From IMG/VR virus record IMGVR_UViG_3300049195_000059: DNA of 35,021 nt; one strand, given 5' to 3'. Position 1 is the stretch's first letter; each line of letters opens with the position of its first letter. Made by a program: the position numbers and the translations under genes. This DNA is from a virus. Below the pieces are notes generated by a model. That model ran no database searches, was not told the origin of the DNA, and saw nothing but the letters and a program-made list of their open reading frames with translations. This document shows, piece after piece, positions 8,061 to 15,869 of the stretch.

Positions 8061-8078
8061 TATGGTTCATTGTATGGT
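8061..8078 (+). repeat. Two direct TATGGT repeats 12 bp apart. These are candidate integrase arm-type sites (P arm).
   Basis: TATGGTtcattgTATGGT. The same hexamer recurs three times at 8271-8309 on the other side of the candidate core. Confidence 0.45.
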
Positions 8079-8142
8079 ATGCCGCCTCGATCATAAGATT
8101 ATATGCTTATTAAAACAGCTACTTATAGTGAAAATGTGACTT

Positions 8143-8157
8143 CCTCCCTCTCCGCCA
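8143..8157 (+). other. Candidate attP core resembling the 3' end of a tRNA-Ser gene
   Basis: CCTCCCTCTCCGCCA can be read as partial T-stem + CCTCTCC acceptor strand + G discriminator + CCA. That is the canonical pattern of tRNA-Ser starting GGAGAGG. No complete tRNA is present. It lies 150 bp upstream of a P4-type integrase gene. Confidence 0.45.
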
Positions 8158-8190
8158 CCACTGTTCCCACATATCGCCACATGCGGCCAT

Positions 8191-8217
8191 AAGCCCTGGA
8201 ATTACGGGCTTTTGTTG
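8191..8217 (+). terminator. Hairpin plus T-tract downstream of the tRNA-like core. It could terminate the reconstituted tRNA after integration.
   Basis: AAGCCC-tggaattac-GGGCTT followed by TTGTTG. Confidence 0.45.
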
Positions 8218-8270
8218 CCGCCGCTTTGTCCACTCCGGTCCTTGTTTGTTCTCATGTAGCCTCTCTGGCA

Positions 8271-8309
8271 TATGGCGTGATCTATGGTACGCGATTCGGG
8301 GAGTATGGT
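8271..8309 (+). repeat. Three direct TATGG(C/T) repeats (P' arm candidates). The last abuts the int start codon.
   Basis: TATGGC at 8271, TATGGT at 8283 and TATGGT at 8304. GTATGGTATG at 8303-8312 duplicates 8072-8081. Confidence 0.45.
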
Positions 8310-9656
8310 ATGGGCGCGCTGACGGACGCGAAGGTGCGGAACGCCAAGGCCGCTGGGAAAGCCTACAAGCTGACGGACGGGGGGCAGCTTTATCTGCATA
8401 TCTCGACCGCCGGTGGCCGCACATGGCGGATGAATTATCAGTTCGGGAGGAACGCCCAGGGCAATCCGGTGCAGAAGACGCTGACGATCGGCAGCTATCC
8501 CGCGATCTCCCTGAAGGATGCGCGCGATGCGCGTGACGTTGCCAAGGCGCTGCTGGCGAAGGGCAGCGAGCCGAAGCCGGAGGATCTGTTTCAGCGGGCC
8601 GCGCCTGCGGAAGACACGAGGCCGACCTTCGAGACGATCGGCCGGGAATGGCACGATCTGCAGAAGGGGCGCTGGTCGAAGGTCCATGCCAAGGACGTGC
8701 TGGACAATCTGGTGAATGAGGTATTCGCCCAGATCGGGCCAATGCCGATCGTCACGATCGACGCGCCACGGGTGTTTCAGCTGCTGCGCGGTATCGCCGA
8801 GCGCGGGGCGGTCGAGACGGCGCACAGGACACGGCAACGGATCAGCGCCATCTTCGTCTATGCGATTGCCACGGGGCGGGCGTCCGCCGACCCTGCGGCA
8901 AGCCTGTCCATCGCCCTGCCTAAAAAGCCGAAAGCAAAGCCGCAGCCGGCCATCACTACGCTGATCGACGTTCGCCAGCTGATCATAAATTGCGAAGCGG
9001 AGCGGTGCCGCGCGCCCACGAAACTGGCATTGCGGCTGATCGCCCTGACGGCGGTGCGCCCGAACGAACTGCACAATGCACGCTGGGCAGAATTCGAGGA
9101 TCTGGACGGGCCGGAACCGCTTTGGCGCATCCCGGCGCATAGGATGAAAGGCGACAAGGACCGAAAAGCCGAGATGGAGGGCGATCACCTTGTGCCGCTC
9201 GCGCCACAGGCGGTGGCGGTCATCAATGCGATGCGGCCCCTGACCGGTGATTTAGACCTGGTGTTCCCGACTGACCGGCATCCGCATAAGCCAATGAGCG
9301 AAAACACGCTGCGCGCGCTGCTGATCAGGGCGGGCTATCATCAGCGCCATGTGCCCCATGGCTTTCGATCCGCATTCTCCACCATCATGAATGAGCGGGT
9401 GGAGCGGCAATGGCGGGAGAGCGGGCACACAGGCGCGTCACCTGATCGGGCGATCATCGACCTGATGCTTGCTCATGTGCCCCAGGGCGTATCAGGATCC
9501 GAGGGCGACTATAACCGGGCGGCCTATATGCCCCGCCGGCGAGAGTTGGCCTGTGAGTGGGCGGACATTCTTCTGGCGGACATGTGGCCGCCGCAGATCC
9601 ACATCGGAGAGCCGATCCGATGGGCAGCAACCGGGCCGGGTAGGCCCGGTTGGTAG
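8310..9656 (+). CDS. int: Tyrosine integrase, P4-like (DUF4102 N-terminal domain)
   Basis: MGALTDAKVRNAKAAGKAYKLTDGGQLYLHI..GGRTWRMNYQF...TIGSYPAISLKDARD is the typical P4-int N-terminus. C-terminal catalytic motifs are present (HGFRSAFST, LAHV, YNRAAYMPRRRELACEWAD). A GGGGAG Shine-Dalgarno precedes the ATG at 8310. Confidence 0.92.
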   Translation: MGALTDAKVRNAKAAGKAYKLTDGGQLYLHISTAGGRTWRMNYQFGRNAQGNPVQKTLTIGSYPAISLKDARDARDVAKALLAKGSEPKPEDLFQRAAPAEDTRPTFETIGREWHDLQKGRWSKVHAKDVLDNLVNEVFAQIGPMPIVTIDAPRVFQLLRGIAERGAVETAHRTRQRISAIFVYAIATGRASADPAASLSIALPKKPKAKPQPAITTLIDVRQLIINCEAERCRAPTKLALRLIALTAVRPNELHNARWAEFEDLDGPEPLWRIPAHRMKGDKDRKAEMEGDHLVPLAPQAVAVINAMRPLTGDLDLVFPTDRHPHKPMSENTLRALLIRAGYHQRHVPHGFRSAFSTIMNERVERQWRESGHTGASPDRAIIDLMLAHVPQGVSGSEGDYNRAAYMPRRRELACEWADILLADMWPPQIHIGEPIRWAATGPGRPGW

Positions 9657-9658
9657 CC

Positions 9659-9844
9659 TCAGCAGCGATTGGAAATCCAAGCGTCCACTTCGCTTTCGAT
9701 CCATCGGGAACAGCGCGGGCCTAGATTTCTCGGCGCGGGGAACTCGTTGCGGCCGATCAGGACATATATGTAGGAGCGGGACAACGCCGTGCGGGCGATG
9801 ACATCTCCAATCCGCAGGAATCGTTCATGGTTTTGGGCGATCAT
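9659..9844 (-). CDS. alpA: AlpA/Phage_AlpA-family HTH protein, a candidate excisionase or regulator
   Basis: MIAQNHERFLRIGDVIARTALSRSYIYVLIGRNEFPAPRNLGPRCSRWIESEVDAWISNR matches the AlpA pattern (LR..eV....sRstiY.li..g.FP.P..lG.r..RW...EV..Wi). It is convergent with int. Its ATG overlaps the upstream stop. Confidence 0.8.
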   Translation of the reverse strand: MIAQNHERFLRIGDVIARTALSRSYIYVLIGRNEFPAPRNLGPRCSRWIESEVDAWISNRC

Positions 9845-10536
9845 GCCGCCAGTTTCCTTTCCGCTGTGCCCGCGATCTTCTCGCGTGGTGGTATCCAGAA
9901 GGTCGGCGCAAATGGCCGGCCTTGAAAGTCCGTCATGGGAGCGCGGCGCTTGTCCCACACCACCCACATATAATCGATCTTGCCATGGTCGTATGCGTTG
10001 TCGCCCAGCTGCTCGATGATGTCGCCGGGGGGCATCGAGGGCCGCTCGCAGAGGATCCAGACGCCGATCGGCGTCTCGTCCGTGAAAAGCCGGTAGCGGC
10101 CTTCGCTCGCGAGCCATTTGAGCGGCAGTAGGGCGCAGACCTTGTGCGTGGCGATCGACAGGGCACGGCGGATGCACTTTTCCGCCAGGCCGCGCACGAG
10201 GCGGCCATTCTGGAAAGAGAATGGCGGATTGAAGATGATCGACAAGCCGCCGCCTGCTTCCAGCAGATGGCGCTGGTCGCCCAGGAGGTCATGCTCGCCC
10301 ATGAACAGCCGGTGGCCGCCGGCGCGATCGAACAGATCCGTGCCGTAGGCGTTGAGGCCGCGCTCGGTCAGCGCCTCCGGGATATGCAGCTGGCCGCAGC
10401 AGGGATCCAGATAGGTGACGTCCGATTCCAGGGCGATCATGTCGAGCAGGCGGTGCGTCACCCACTTTTCTTCGACATACCAATCCCAAGGATGGCGGCT
10501 GCTGCCCTTCGGGCGGGAAGTGAGTTCGCCGCTCAT
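9841..10536 (-). CDS. Orphan DNA N6-adenine methyltransferase (NPPF motif IV)
   Basis: LDPCCG (SAM motif I-like) and IIFNPPF (motif IV). It has ATGA overlaps with both neighbours. Confidence 0.7.
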   Translation of the reverse strand: MSGELTSRPKGSSRHPWDWYVEEKWVTHRLLDMIALESDVTYLDPCCGQLHIPEALTERGLNAYGTDLFDRAGGHRLFMGEHDLLGDQRHLLEAGGGLSIIFNPPFSFQNGRLVRGLAEKCIRRALSIATHKVCALLPLKWLASEGRYRLFTDETPIGVWILCERPSMPPGDIIEQLGDNAYDHGKIDYMWVVWDKRRAPMTDFQGRPFAPTFWIPPREKIAGTAERKLAA

Positions 10537-10871
10537 CCTCGCTGCTCCGGGAGGCTGTAGGAGGTGGTCTCTAGGCGGCAGCGCATCCAGTGATTTTTCA
10601 ATTTGGAATAGCTGTTGCGATCTAAAGCGACGGACGCTTCCCACGAGCCGTTCGGATCAGTCAGGACATCGGCATAGAAATCCGGTAGGTCGCCTTCCGG
10701 CTCAACCTCAACGCGGCCAGACAAGGCGGCCCGGCGAAGAACAGTATTGACGGCATCGCGCCCGCCATCAAAGATTACGCTTTCGCAGGCAATCAGCTGC
10801 TCTCCGACGATCTTATACAGCTTCAGGCCGCAAGTGTCGGGATGTAGGCGCTCTAGGTTCAAGGCGCTCAT
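10533..10871 (-). CDS. Hypothetical protein (112 aa)
   Basis: The ORF runs from the internal ATG at 10871 (MSALNLERL...). It is translationally coupled on both sides. Confidence 0.5.
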   Translation of the reverse strand: MSALNLERLHPDTCGLKLYKIVGEQLIACESVIFDGGRDAVNTVLRRAALSGRVEVEPEGDLPDFYADVLTDPNGSWEASVALDRNSYSKLKNHWMRCRLETTSYSLPEQRG

Positions 10872-11464
10872 GACCGAAATTCTCCCTTCGCGGTCTCGTA
10901 GGCTGCGTTCAGCCGGTCCCATTCAGCGCGGGTACCGCCCGCGTCAGGATGAGCAGACGTCGCCCTGGATCGATACGCGCGGTTGATGGTAGCAAGATCG
11001 GCATCGCGGGTGACGCCTAGCACCTGCCACCATTGTTCAGGGGCAGGCAGGGCCTCGTAGCCGGCGAACGCCTGGGCTTTGTTGCCGACACCCCAGCGAT
11101 CCATGCCCCGCATCGCTTCTATGTGCTTCGCGATCGCCGTGATGTTGTCGGCGACGCGGTCCCACTTGTCGCATGCTAAAACGATCGGCTTGCCGTTGAG
11201 GCGGAAGTAGAAGGCGACGCCGGCGTCGGGGGGCTCCGCACGGTCAGAGCGCGGCCGCCCGTCAAGCCTAAGCTCCACATTGGTCGATAGAATTGCATCT
11301 GCACCGCCGAGAAGGTCGATCTCGCGCTGCAGCCGCTCACGGGCTACCGCAATGGTGACGCTCTTCATCCAACCATCGCTGCTGCGCTGGCTGAAGCGTG
11401 CGGTTTGAGGACGTGCTGTGCGCGGCCATCCAACAGGCCAGTGCAGCGGATAGGACTGGGTCAA
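10868..11464 (-). CDS. J-domain (DnaJ-like) protein with an N-terminal domain of unknown function
   Basis: The C-terminus WWQVLGVTRDADLATINRAYRSRATSAHPDAGG..EWDRLNAAYETA contains the HPD tripeptide of J domains. It probably starts at a TTG overlapping the upstream stop. Confidence 0.7.
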   Translation of the reverse strand: MTQSYPLHWPVGWPRTARPQTARFSQRSSDGWMKSVTIAVARERLQREIDLLGGADAILSTNVELRLDGRPRSDRAEPPDAGVAFYFRLNGKPIVLACDKWDRVADNITAIAKHIEAMRGMDRWGVGNKAQAFAGYEALPAPEQWWQVLGVTRDADLATINRAYRSRATSAHPDAGGTRAEWDRLNAAYETAKGEFRS

Positions 11465-11565
11465 CGCTTTTCTCCCTTGGCGCTCCCGAGGGCGCCGGCG
11501 ATGATGAAGGGGATCGCCAGCAGGGCGGCGATGATGAGGAGGGCTTTGGCGAGGCCTTTGATCAT
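11461..11565 (-). CDS. Possible 34-aa single-TM peptide
   Basis: My translation is [34 protein letters not shown]. The ATG overlaps the upstream stop (ATGA) and the stop overlaps the next start. Confidence 0.35.
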   Translation of the reverse strand: MIKGLAKALLIIAALLAIPFIIAGALGSAKGEKR

Positions 11566-11816
11566 GATCGGTCTCCGGTGATGCGGTCAGCGACGGCGCT
11601 GGGCGAATTGGTGGAGAGGACGCGGCGCGCTTCGAGGCAGTTCGCCGACCAGGCGCGGATCTGGCCCGAGGCCCATGTCTGGCTGATCGCGTCCCGAAGG
11701 GGCTTGGGCACCTGAAACCAGTGCGGCCTGCACATCAGGATCCCGCGACGGACCGGGACATCACATCCCGGCGCATCGCACGTCCGCAGTGGACGCTTCT
11801 TCCGCGCCGCCATCAC
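11562..11816 (-). CDS. Small Cys/His-containing protein, possibly zinc-binding. Function unknown.
   Basis: 84 aa containing CDAPGC..MCRPHW. It is coupled to its neighbours. Confidence 0.5.
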   Translation of the reverse strand: MMAARKKRPLRTCDAPGCDVPVRRGILMCRPHWFQVPKPLRDAISQTWASGQIRAWSANCLEARRVLSTNSPSAVADRITGDRS

Positions 11817-12055
11817 TCCATCCCCAGCGCGGACAGATAAGTTTCGAGGATGGCGCTCATTTCCTGACGATCATGCTGCGGCAGCTTCCGCAAGCGGATG
11901 ACCTCGCGCATGATCTTGGTGTCGTAGCCATTCGATTTCGCTTCCAGGTAGACGTCGGCGATATCGTCGGCGATGCCCTTCTTCTCTTCCTCCAGGCGCT
12001 CGATGCGCTCGATCAGCAGGCGGAGGTGTTCGGCAGCGACGTTTCCTTCAGACAT
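11813..12055 (-). CDS. gapR: GapR-like nucleoid-associated protein (DUF2312/UPF0335)
   Basis: [47 protein letters not shown]...[10 protein letters not shown] closely follows the GapR consensus as I remember it from Caulobacter. Confidence 0.85.
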   Translation of the reverse strand: MSEGNVAAEHLRLLIERIERLEEEKKGIADDIADVYLEAKSNGYDTKIMREVIRLRKLPQHDRQEMSAILETYLSALGME

Positions 12056-12065
12056 GTGACTTCCT

Positions 12066-12245
12066 TCAGTTGAAGATGGCGGCCGCGATCAGCGGGCCGA
12101 AAATTGCTAGGGCGAGGCCGGCGACGATCGCGCCGGCGGCGAAGAGGGCGCGGGTGCGCATGGTGGCTTCAGCGAAGCGTTCGGCCACGGTGCGGCAACG
12201 GTCGCAGCGGCATGTCGCCGCGTGGATGGTGCCGGGGCGCGGCAT
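12066..12245 (-). CDS. Small protein (59 aa) with a CxCxxC motif and a C-terminal TM segment
   Basis: [20 protein letters not shown]...[27 protein letters not shown]. The ATG overlaps the upstream stop. Confidence 0.45.
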   Translation of the reverse strand: MPRPGTIHAATCRCDRCRTVAERFAEATMRTRALFAAGAIVAGLALAIFGPLIAAAIFN

Positions 12246-12685
12246 CAGCCGATTTCCTTGGGCCGCTCCAGCTGCTCGCAGCGGGTGCAAACATCGGGAT
12301 CGGCTTCCGACCAGGTGACGTCATCACCGTTCGTGTCGTATTGCGTGGTCCATCGGTCCCAACCGCAGGCGAGGCAGATGCGGGGGTGCTGATCGGGCGG
12401 CGTGTCGCAAAGCTGACGATAGACGTCGACGTTGAAGCTGAAGGCGCGCGACATGTCGGCGGCGAAGAAATGCTGCTGCATCCGGTAGCCGACCGTCTCC
12501 AGCTCCGTGATGTTGCGCTCGACGTCGGCCTGGTGTTCGGGGCGCTTCCAATAATGGGCAGCGGCCTGGGCGATGGTGACACCGGCGGCCTTGCGCCGCA
12601 TGCGGACATAGTCCCAGGGCATGATGACGGGCCGAGCTGGCTTGTCTTCGTCCAGCATGGCGAGAAGAGAGGGAACGCTACGCAT
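12245..12685 (-). CDS. Hypothetical protein (146 aa) with a C-terminal CxxC...CxxC pair
   Basis: Starts at ATG 12685, preceded by AAGGA. The longer ORF to 12925 would overlap the primase 3' end and was trimmed. Confidence 0.5.
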   Translation of the reverse strand: MRSVPSLLAMLDEDKPARPVIMPWDYVRMRRKAAGVTIAQAAAHYWKRPEHQADVERNITELETVGYRMQQHFFAADMSRAFSFNVDVYRQLCDTPPDQHPRICLACGWDRWTTQYDTNGDDVTWSEADPDVCTRCEQLERPKEIG

Positions 12686-12702
12686 TGGTGGTCCTTTCGC
12701 TG

Positions 12703-15426
12703 TCAGGATTTCTTGGCGACGGCCCGCGACGGATCGTGGAAGATCCAGCAGCGGACAGAGCCGATGTCGTTTCGGGAATTGACGGTCGCCTGCTCGATGA
12801 AGCGGCGGGCCTTTGAGGTTTTGAGCGCCCGGATCATTTCGGAATGGGTGGGCAGCTGCAGGCGCTTCTCGGCGCAGCGGGCCTCCATTTCGTTGAGGCG
12901 GACGGCGATCAGGCCTTCTTCCCACCGGCGATGGTGGTTGATGTGGCCGGCGATCGCCTTCGGATCCTCGTTCTCTTCGAGATAGTCGAAGCGCTCCCAG
13001 AACAGGCTGACGACGGGGTCTTCGCTGTTGACGGCCAACTGTCGATCGCTTGCCATCTGGACGATGAAGCGGGCGGTTTCGGCCTGCTGCTGATCGGACA
13101 GCGGCACGACGGCGCGGATCGCGTCCAGGAAGGCGAGCAGCTGGCCGTGAGTCTTGGCGAGGCGATTGGTGCGGATCGCCGGCAGCGCCAGCAGTTCATC
13201 CTCGTATTGAGCGAACGCCTGGCGGAACCGCGCCATGATGACCTGCTCGCGGCGTGCGGCGTGGACGATGAAGCCGGAGATCTTTTCTACCGGCCATTGT
13301 TCAAGCCGTTCGGCCGCCGCCTTCGTCTCATTGGTGAAGTTCGACATGTCGAAACCGAGCGACATGATGCGCTCCAGCACCGCGCGGCTCGCGTTGACGG
13401 GTTCGTTCTGCTCGATGACGACAGCGCCCCGGAAAGGCGGCTCGAACGTCTCCATGCCGCCATTCTTCACGCCCCGCGATCGGACGGTACGGCCGTTATA
13501 GGCGGTCTTCAGTTCCTCCCACTCGAATTTGCGGGCGTGGCTGGCTTCCTCGCGGCGGTCGCCCTCGATCAGCACGACGGGAAGATTGCCGACCTTGCCG
13601 AGGTTTCGCGCCATGGCCGCCGGCGTCGCCTTGGCAGGGTCGAAGCCCTCATAATTTTCACGGCCGAGCAGCTTCCAGAGGAATTCGATCAGCGTCGTCT
13701 TGCCGGTGCCGGGCAGGCCGTGCATTTCGAGGAAGGGGAAGCTCTTCATTTCGCCGCGGACTTGCTCTGCGAAGAGCGAGGCGAAGTAGAAGGTCAGGCA
13801 GGTGATGCCCTTCGCGCCATAAGCCGTCCACAGATCGGGCAACCAGCTGGTGTCCAGCTGATCGGGATCATAGTCGATATCGAGCAGCCGTTCGGACGTG
13901 CCGAGTTTCAGCGCCTGCTTTCCGATCTGGAAAAACTCGTTGTCATTGGGCTTGTAGACCCGCCCGCCTGCGACGGCATATTGGCCGAAGACATAGGCCT
14001 GTGCGTCGCGGCAGTAGCCGGTAAAACCGAGCGGGCGCACGTCGGGCAGATCAGGCGTCTGCTGCTGCAGGATGCGGGTCAGCTGGTGGGCGCTGCCGGT
14101 CCAGACGCCGCCGAAAGCGAACAGGCGGTCTTCGAAGTTTGAGGCCTTGCGCAGCTGGGCGGCGGTGAAATCTCCCTTCACCGAGGGGCGCTTGCCGCTG
14201 GGGAAGGATATGTTGAGGAAGAACTTGGTTTCGTCGGTCGCCTCGTCCCGCTGCCGGTAGAGGACGCGGAATGCGCAGTTGGCGATTTCCTCGACCATCA
14301 GCGCTTCGCGGGAGGCCTGCATGCGGATTTCCGCTTCTACGGCGGCGTCGATGTCCTTCAGTTCACGGGTGCGGCTCTTGCGATATTCGTCAATCTTCTC
14401 CTGCACGACGGCGACATCGATCGCGCACCAATAGGTCCGGTTGCCGAAGGTGAAATTGAAGCTGGTCCAGCGGTGCTTTTCCCAGATCAGGAAGGCCTTC
14501 TCCTGGGCGTCTTTCGCCAGCAGCACCTTGCCGAACCAGAGATATTGCGCGCGGTGCTCGGCGGTGAGCCGTTCCAGCCCGAGCAGGTCGTTCCAATCCA
14601 GCACCTTGCCGGTCTCGTCTTCGCCGCAGGGCTGGGCGGCGCTTGCCTGCCATCCCTGGTCTTTCGCCAGCTTCACATGCTGGCGGCTTGCGCTGGTACC
14701 GGCAGAGCCGGCGTCATAGGCAAAGACGAGCTTGGGCGAGCGCAGGGGCTTGTCCGACGTCGCGATATGCGCCCGAAGCTGTTTCAGGAACTCTTCGGGA
14801 TAATTATTGCACGACATGGCGGAGACGGCGCGCTGGCCGGCCTGCTCAAGCGCCCAGGCATTGAAGATGCCTTCGGCAATCCAGATGCTCTCAGCGTCGG
14901 CCATGTCCTCGTTCGACACGTCGGGCCGCTGCCAAGCCTGCCCCTTGTAGGATTTGCCGGGGGCGAAATGCGCCTTGCGATCGAAGCGACCAGGCTGGTC
15001 GATCAGCCGTTCCCACCAACTGCCACCGGGAAGCGGGAAGCGGACGGTGGCGGAACTGATGCCGCGCCGCTCATCCTTGAACCATTCCTGCGAATAGGCC
15101 TCGCGCATCCCCATCAGGTTCAGCTTGCGGGCGTCGGTCAGATAGGCGTCGGCCGCCGCGTGAGGGTTCTCGCGCGTCTTCTGATAGCGGTTCGACCAGG
15201 TGTCGAAGATCTCGGGGTAACGATCGCGGACGGTTTCTTCCCATCCGCATTTTTCCTGCCGATTGCACTTGAGCATCCAAGGGCTCTCGGCGTTCGTATA
15301 CACCTGATACGCCCCGCAGTCCGGGCATTTGCCACGGCGCAGCCATGAGCCCTTGTCGGTCTTCCACTGGAAATCGGCTTTGAGCCTGGGCAGCAATTCG
15401 CGGCGGATATCGTCACGCATGGACAT
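12703..15426 (-). CDS. Bifunctional primase-helicase (zinc ribbon + TOPRIM-type primase + P-loop NTPase), P4-alpha-like architecture
   Basis: 907 aa. The N-terminal zinc ribbon is CPDCG...CNRQEKC. An acidic TOPRIM-like segment (IWIAEGIFNAWAL) follows. The Walker A motif is MHGLPGTGKTT in the C-terminal half. It occupies the replication-gene position. Confidence 0.8.
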   Translation of the reverse strand: MSMRDDIRRELLPRLKADFQWKTDKGSWLRRGKCPDCGAYQVYTNAESPWMLKCNRQEKCGWEETVRDRYPEIFDTWSNRYQKTRENPHAAADAYLTDARKLNLMGMREAYSQEWFKDERRGISSATVRFPLPGGSWWERLIDQPGRFDRKAHFAPGKSYKGQAWQRPDVSNEDMADAESIWIAEGIFNAWALEQAGQRAVSAMSCNNYPEEFLKQLRAHIATSDKPLRSPKLVFAYDAGSAGTSASRQHVKLAKDQGWQASAAQPCGEDETGKVLDWNDLLGLERLTAEHRAQYLWFGKVLLAKDAQEKAFLIWEKHRWTSFNFTFGNRTYWCAIDVAVVQEKIDEYRKSRTRELKDIDAAVEAEIRMQASREALMVEEIANCAFRVLYRQRDEATDETKFFLNISFPSGKRPSVKGDFTAAQLRKASNFEDRLFAFGGVWTGSAHQLTRILQQQTPDLPDVRPLGFTGYCRDAQAYVFGQYAVAGGRVYKPNDNEFFQIGKQALKLGTSERLLDIDYDPDQLDTSWLPDLWTAYGAKGITCLTFYFASLFAEQVRGEMKSFPFLEMHGLPGTGKTTLIEFLWKLLGRENYEGFDPAKATPAAMARNLGKVGNLPVVLIEGDRREEASHARKFEWEELKTAYNGRTVRSRGVKNGGMETFEPPFRGAVVIEQNEPVNASRAVLERIMSLGFDMSNFTNETKAAAERLEQWPVEKISGFIVHAARREQVIMARFRQAFAQYEDELLALPAIRTNRLAKTHGQLLAFLDAIRAVVPLSDQQQAETARFIVQMASDRQLAVNSEDPVVSLFWERFDYLEENEDPKAIAGHINHHRRWEEGLIAVRLNEMEARCAEKRLQLPTHSEMIRALKTSKARRFIEQATVNSRNDIGSVRCWIFHDPSRAVAKKS

Positions 15427-15464
15427 GGCGGAAACGGTGCTTTCAAAGGCAATGAGAGGGCTTT

Positions 15465-15486
15465 CCCGGCGGCGGGGTCCGCCGGG
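15465..15486. other. Strong GC hairpin between the ogr-like gene and the primase-helicase gene
   Basis: CCCGGCGG-N6-CCGCCGGG (8-bp GC stem). There is no U-tract on the transcribed (-) strand. Confidence 0.4.
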
Positions 15487-15524
15487 TGTATTTCGTGGCG
15501 ATCGATGCGGTGCGACCCGCTAGA

Positions 15525-15869
15525 TCAAAGGGTTACGGCGTCGGCGGCAGGCTCGCTGGGCGGCCCGCCATCATCATTGGCGGCGCGGTCATTGTCCGCG
15601 TGACGCCATTGGGTCATGGGTATGGCTGCCAGGGGACGCGGCATGCGGCTCGGCACGGTGGCCCGCAGCGTCGCCATGCCGACAACGAACTGGCATCCGC
15701 ACCGTTCGACGTTCCGGCAATGATAATAGACCTCGCGGTAGAGCAGCGTGGCCTTGCCAGTTGTCGATCGAGCAAATGCCCGCTCGCCGCAGCCGGGGCA
15801 CTGCACCGACGGCATGCGGGGCGCTCCCCCGCCATTATTGGGTTTCGGCCCATGGCCTTCGATCATCAT
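15525..15869 (-). CDS. ogr: Ogr/Delta-family zinc-finger late transcription activator. The start is either 15869 or the internal ATG at 15815.
   Basis: VQCPGCGERAFARSTTGKATLLYREVYYHCRNVERCGCQF aligns with P2 Ogr FHCPLCQHAAHARTSRYITDTTKERYHQCQNVNCSATF. Both share the CxxC...C-x4/5-C arrangement and the ARt and Y.qC.NV motifs. Confidence 0.75.
   Translation of the reverse strand: MMIEGHGPKPNNGGGAPRMPSVQCPGCGERAFARSTTGKATLLYREVYYHCRNVERCGCQFVVGMATLRATVPSRMPRPLAAIPMTQWRHADNDRAANDDGGPPSEPAADAVTL

Noticed and set aside
8139-8160. A tRNA gene
   Set aside because: Only about 15 nt resemble a tRNA 3' end. The upstream sequence cannot form T-loop, anticodon or D arms. It is interpreted as an attP core fragment instead.
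9659-10177. 172-aa ORF and the overlapping long versions of 9841-10644, 10533-10922, 12245-12925, 15866-16402 and 27860-28534
   Set aside because: The N-terminal extensions overlap the preceding genes. They are Arg/Pro-rich, whereas internal ATGs give ATGA-coupled starts and recognisable protein N-termini. The features were trimmed to the internal starts.
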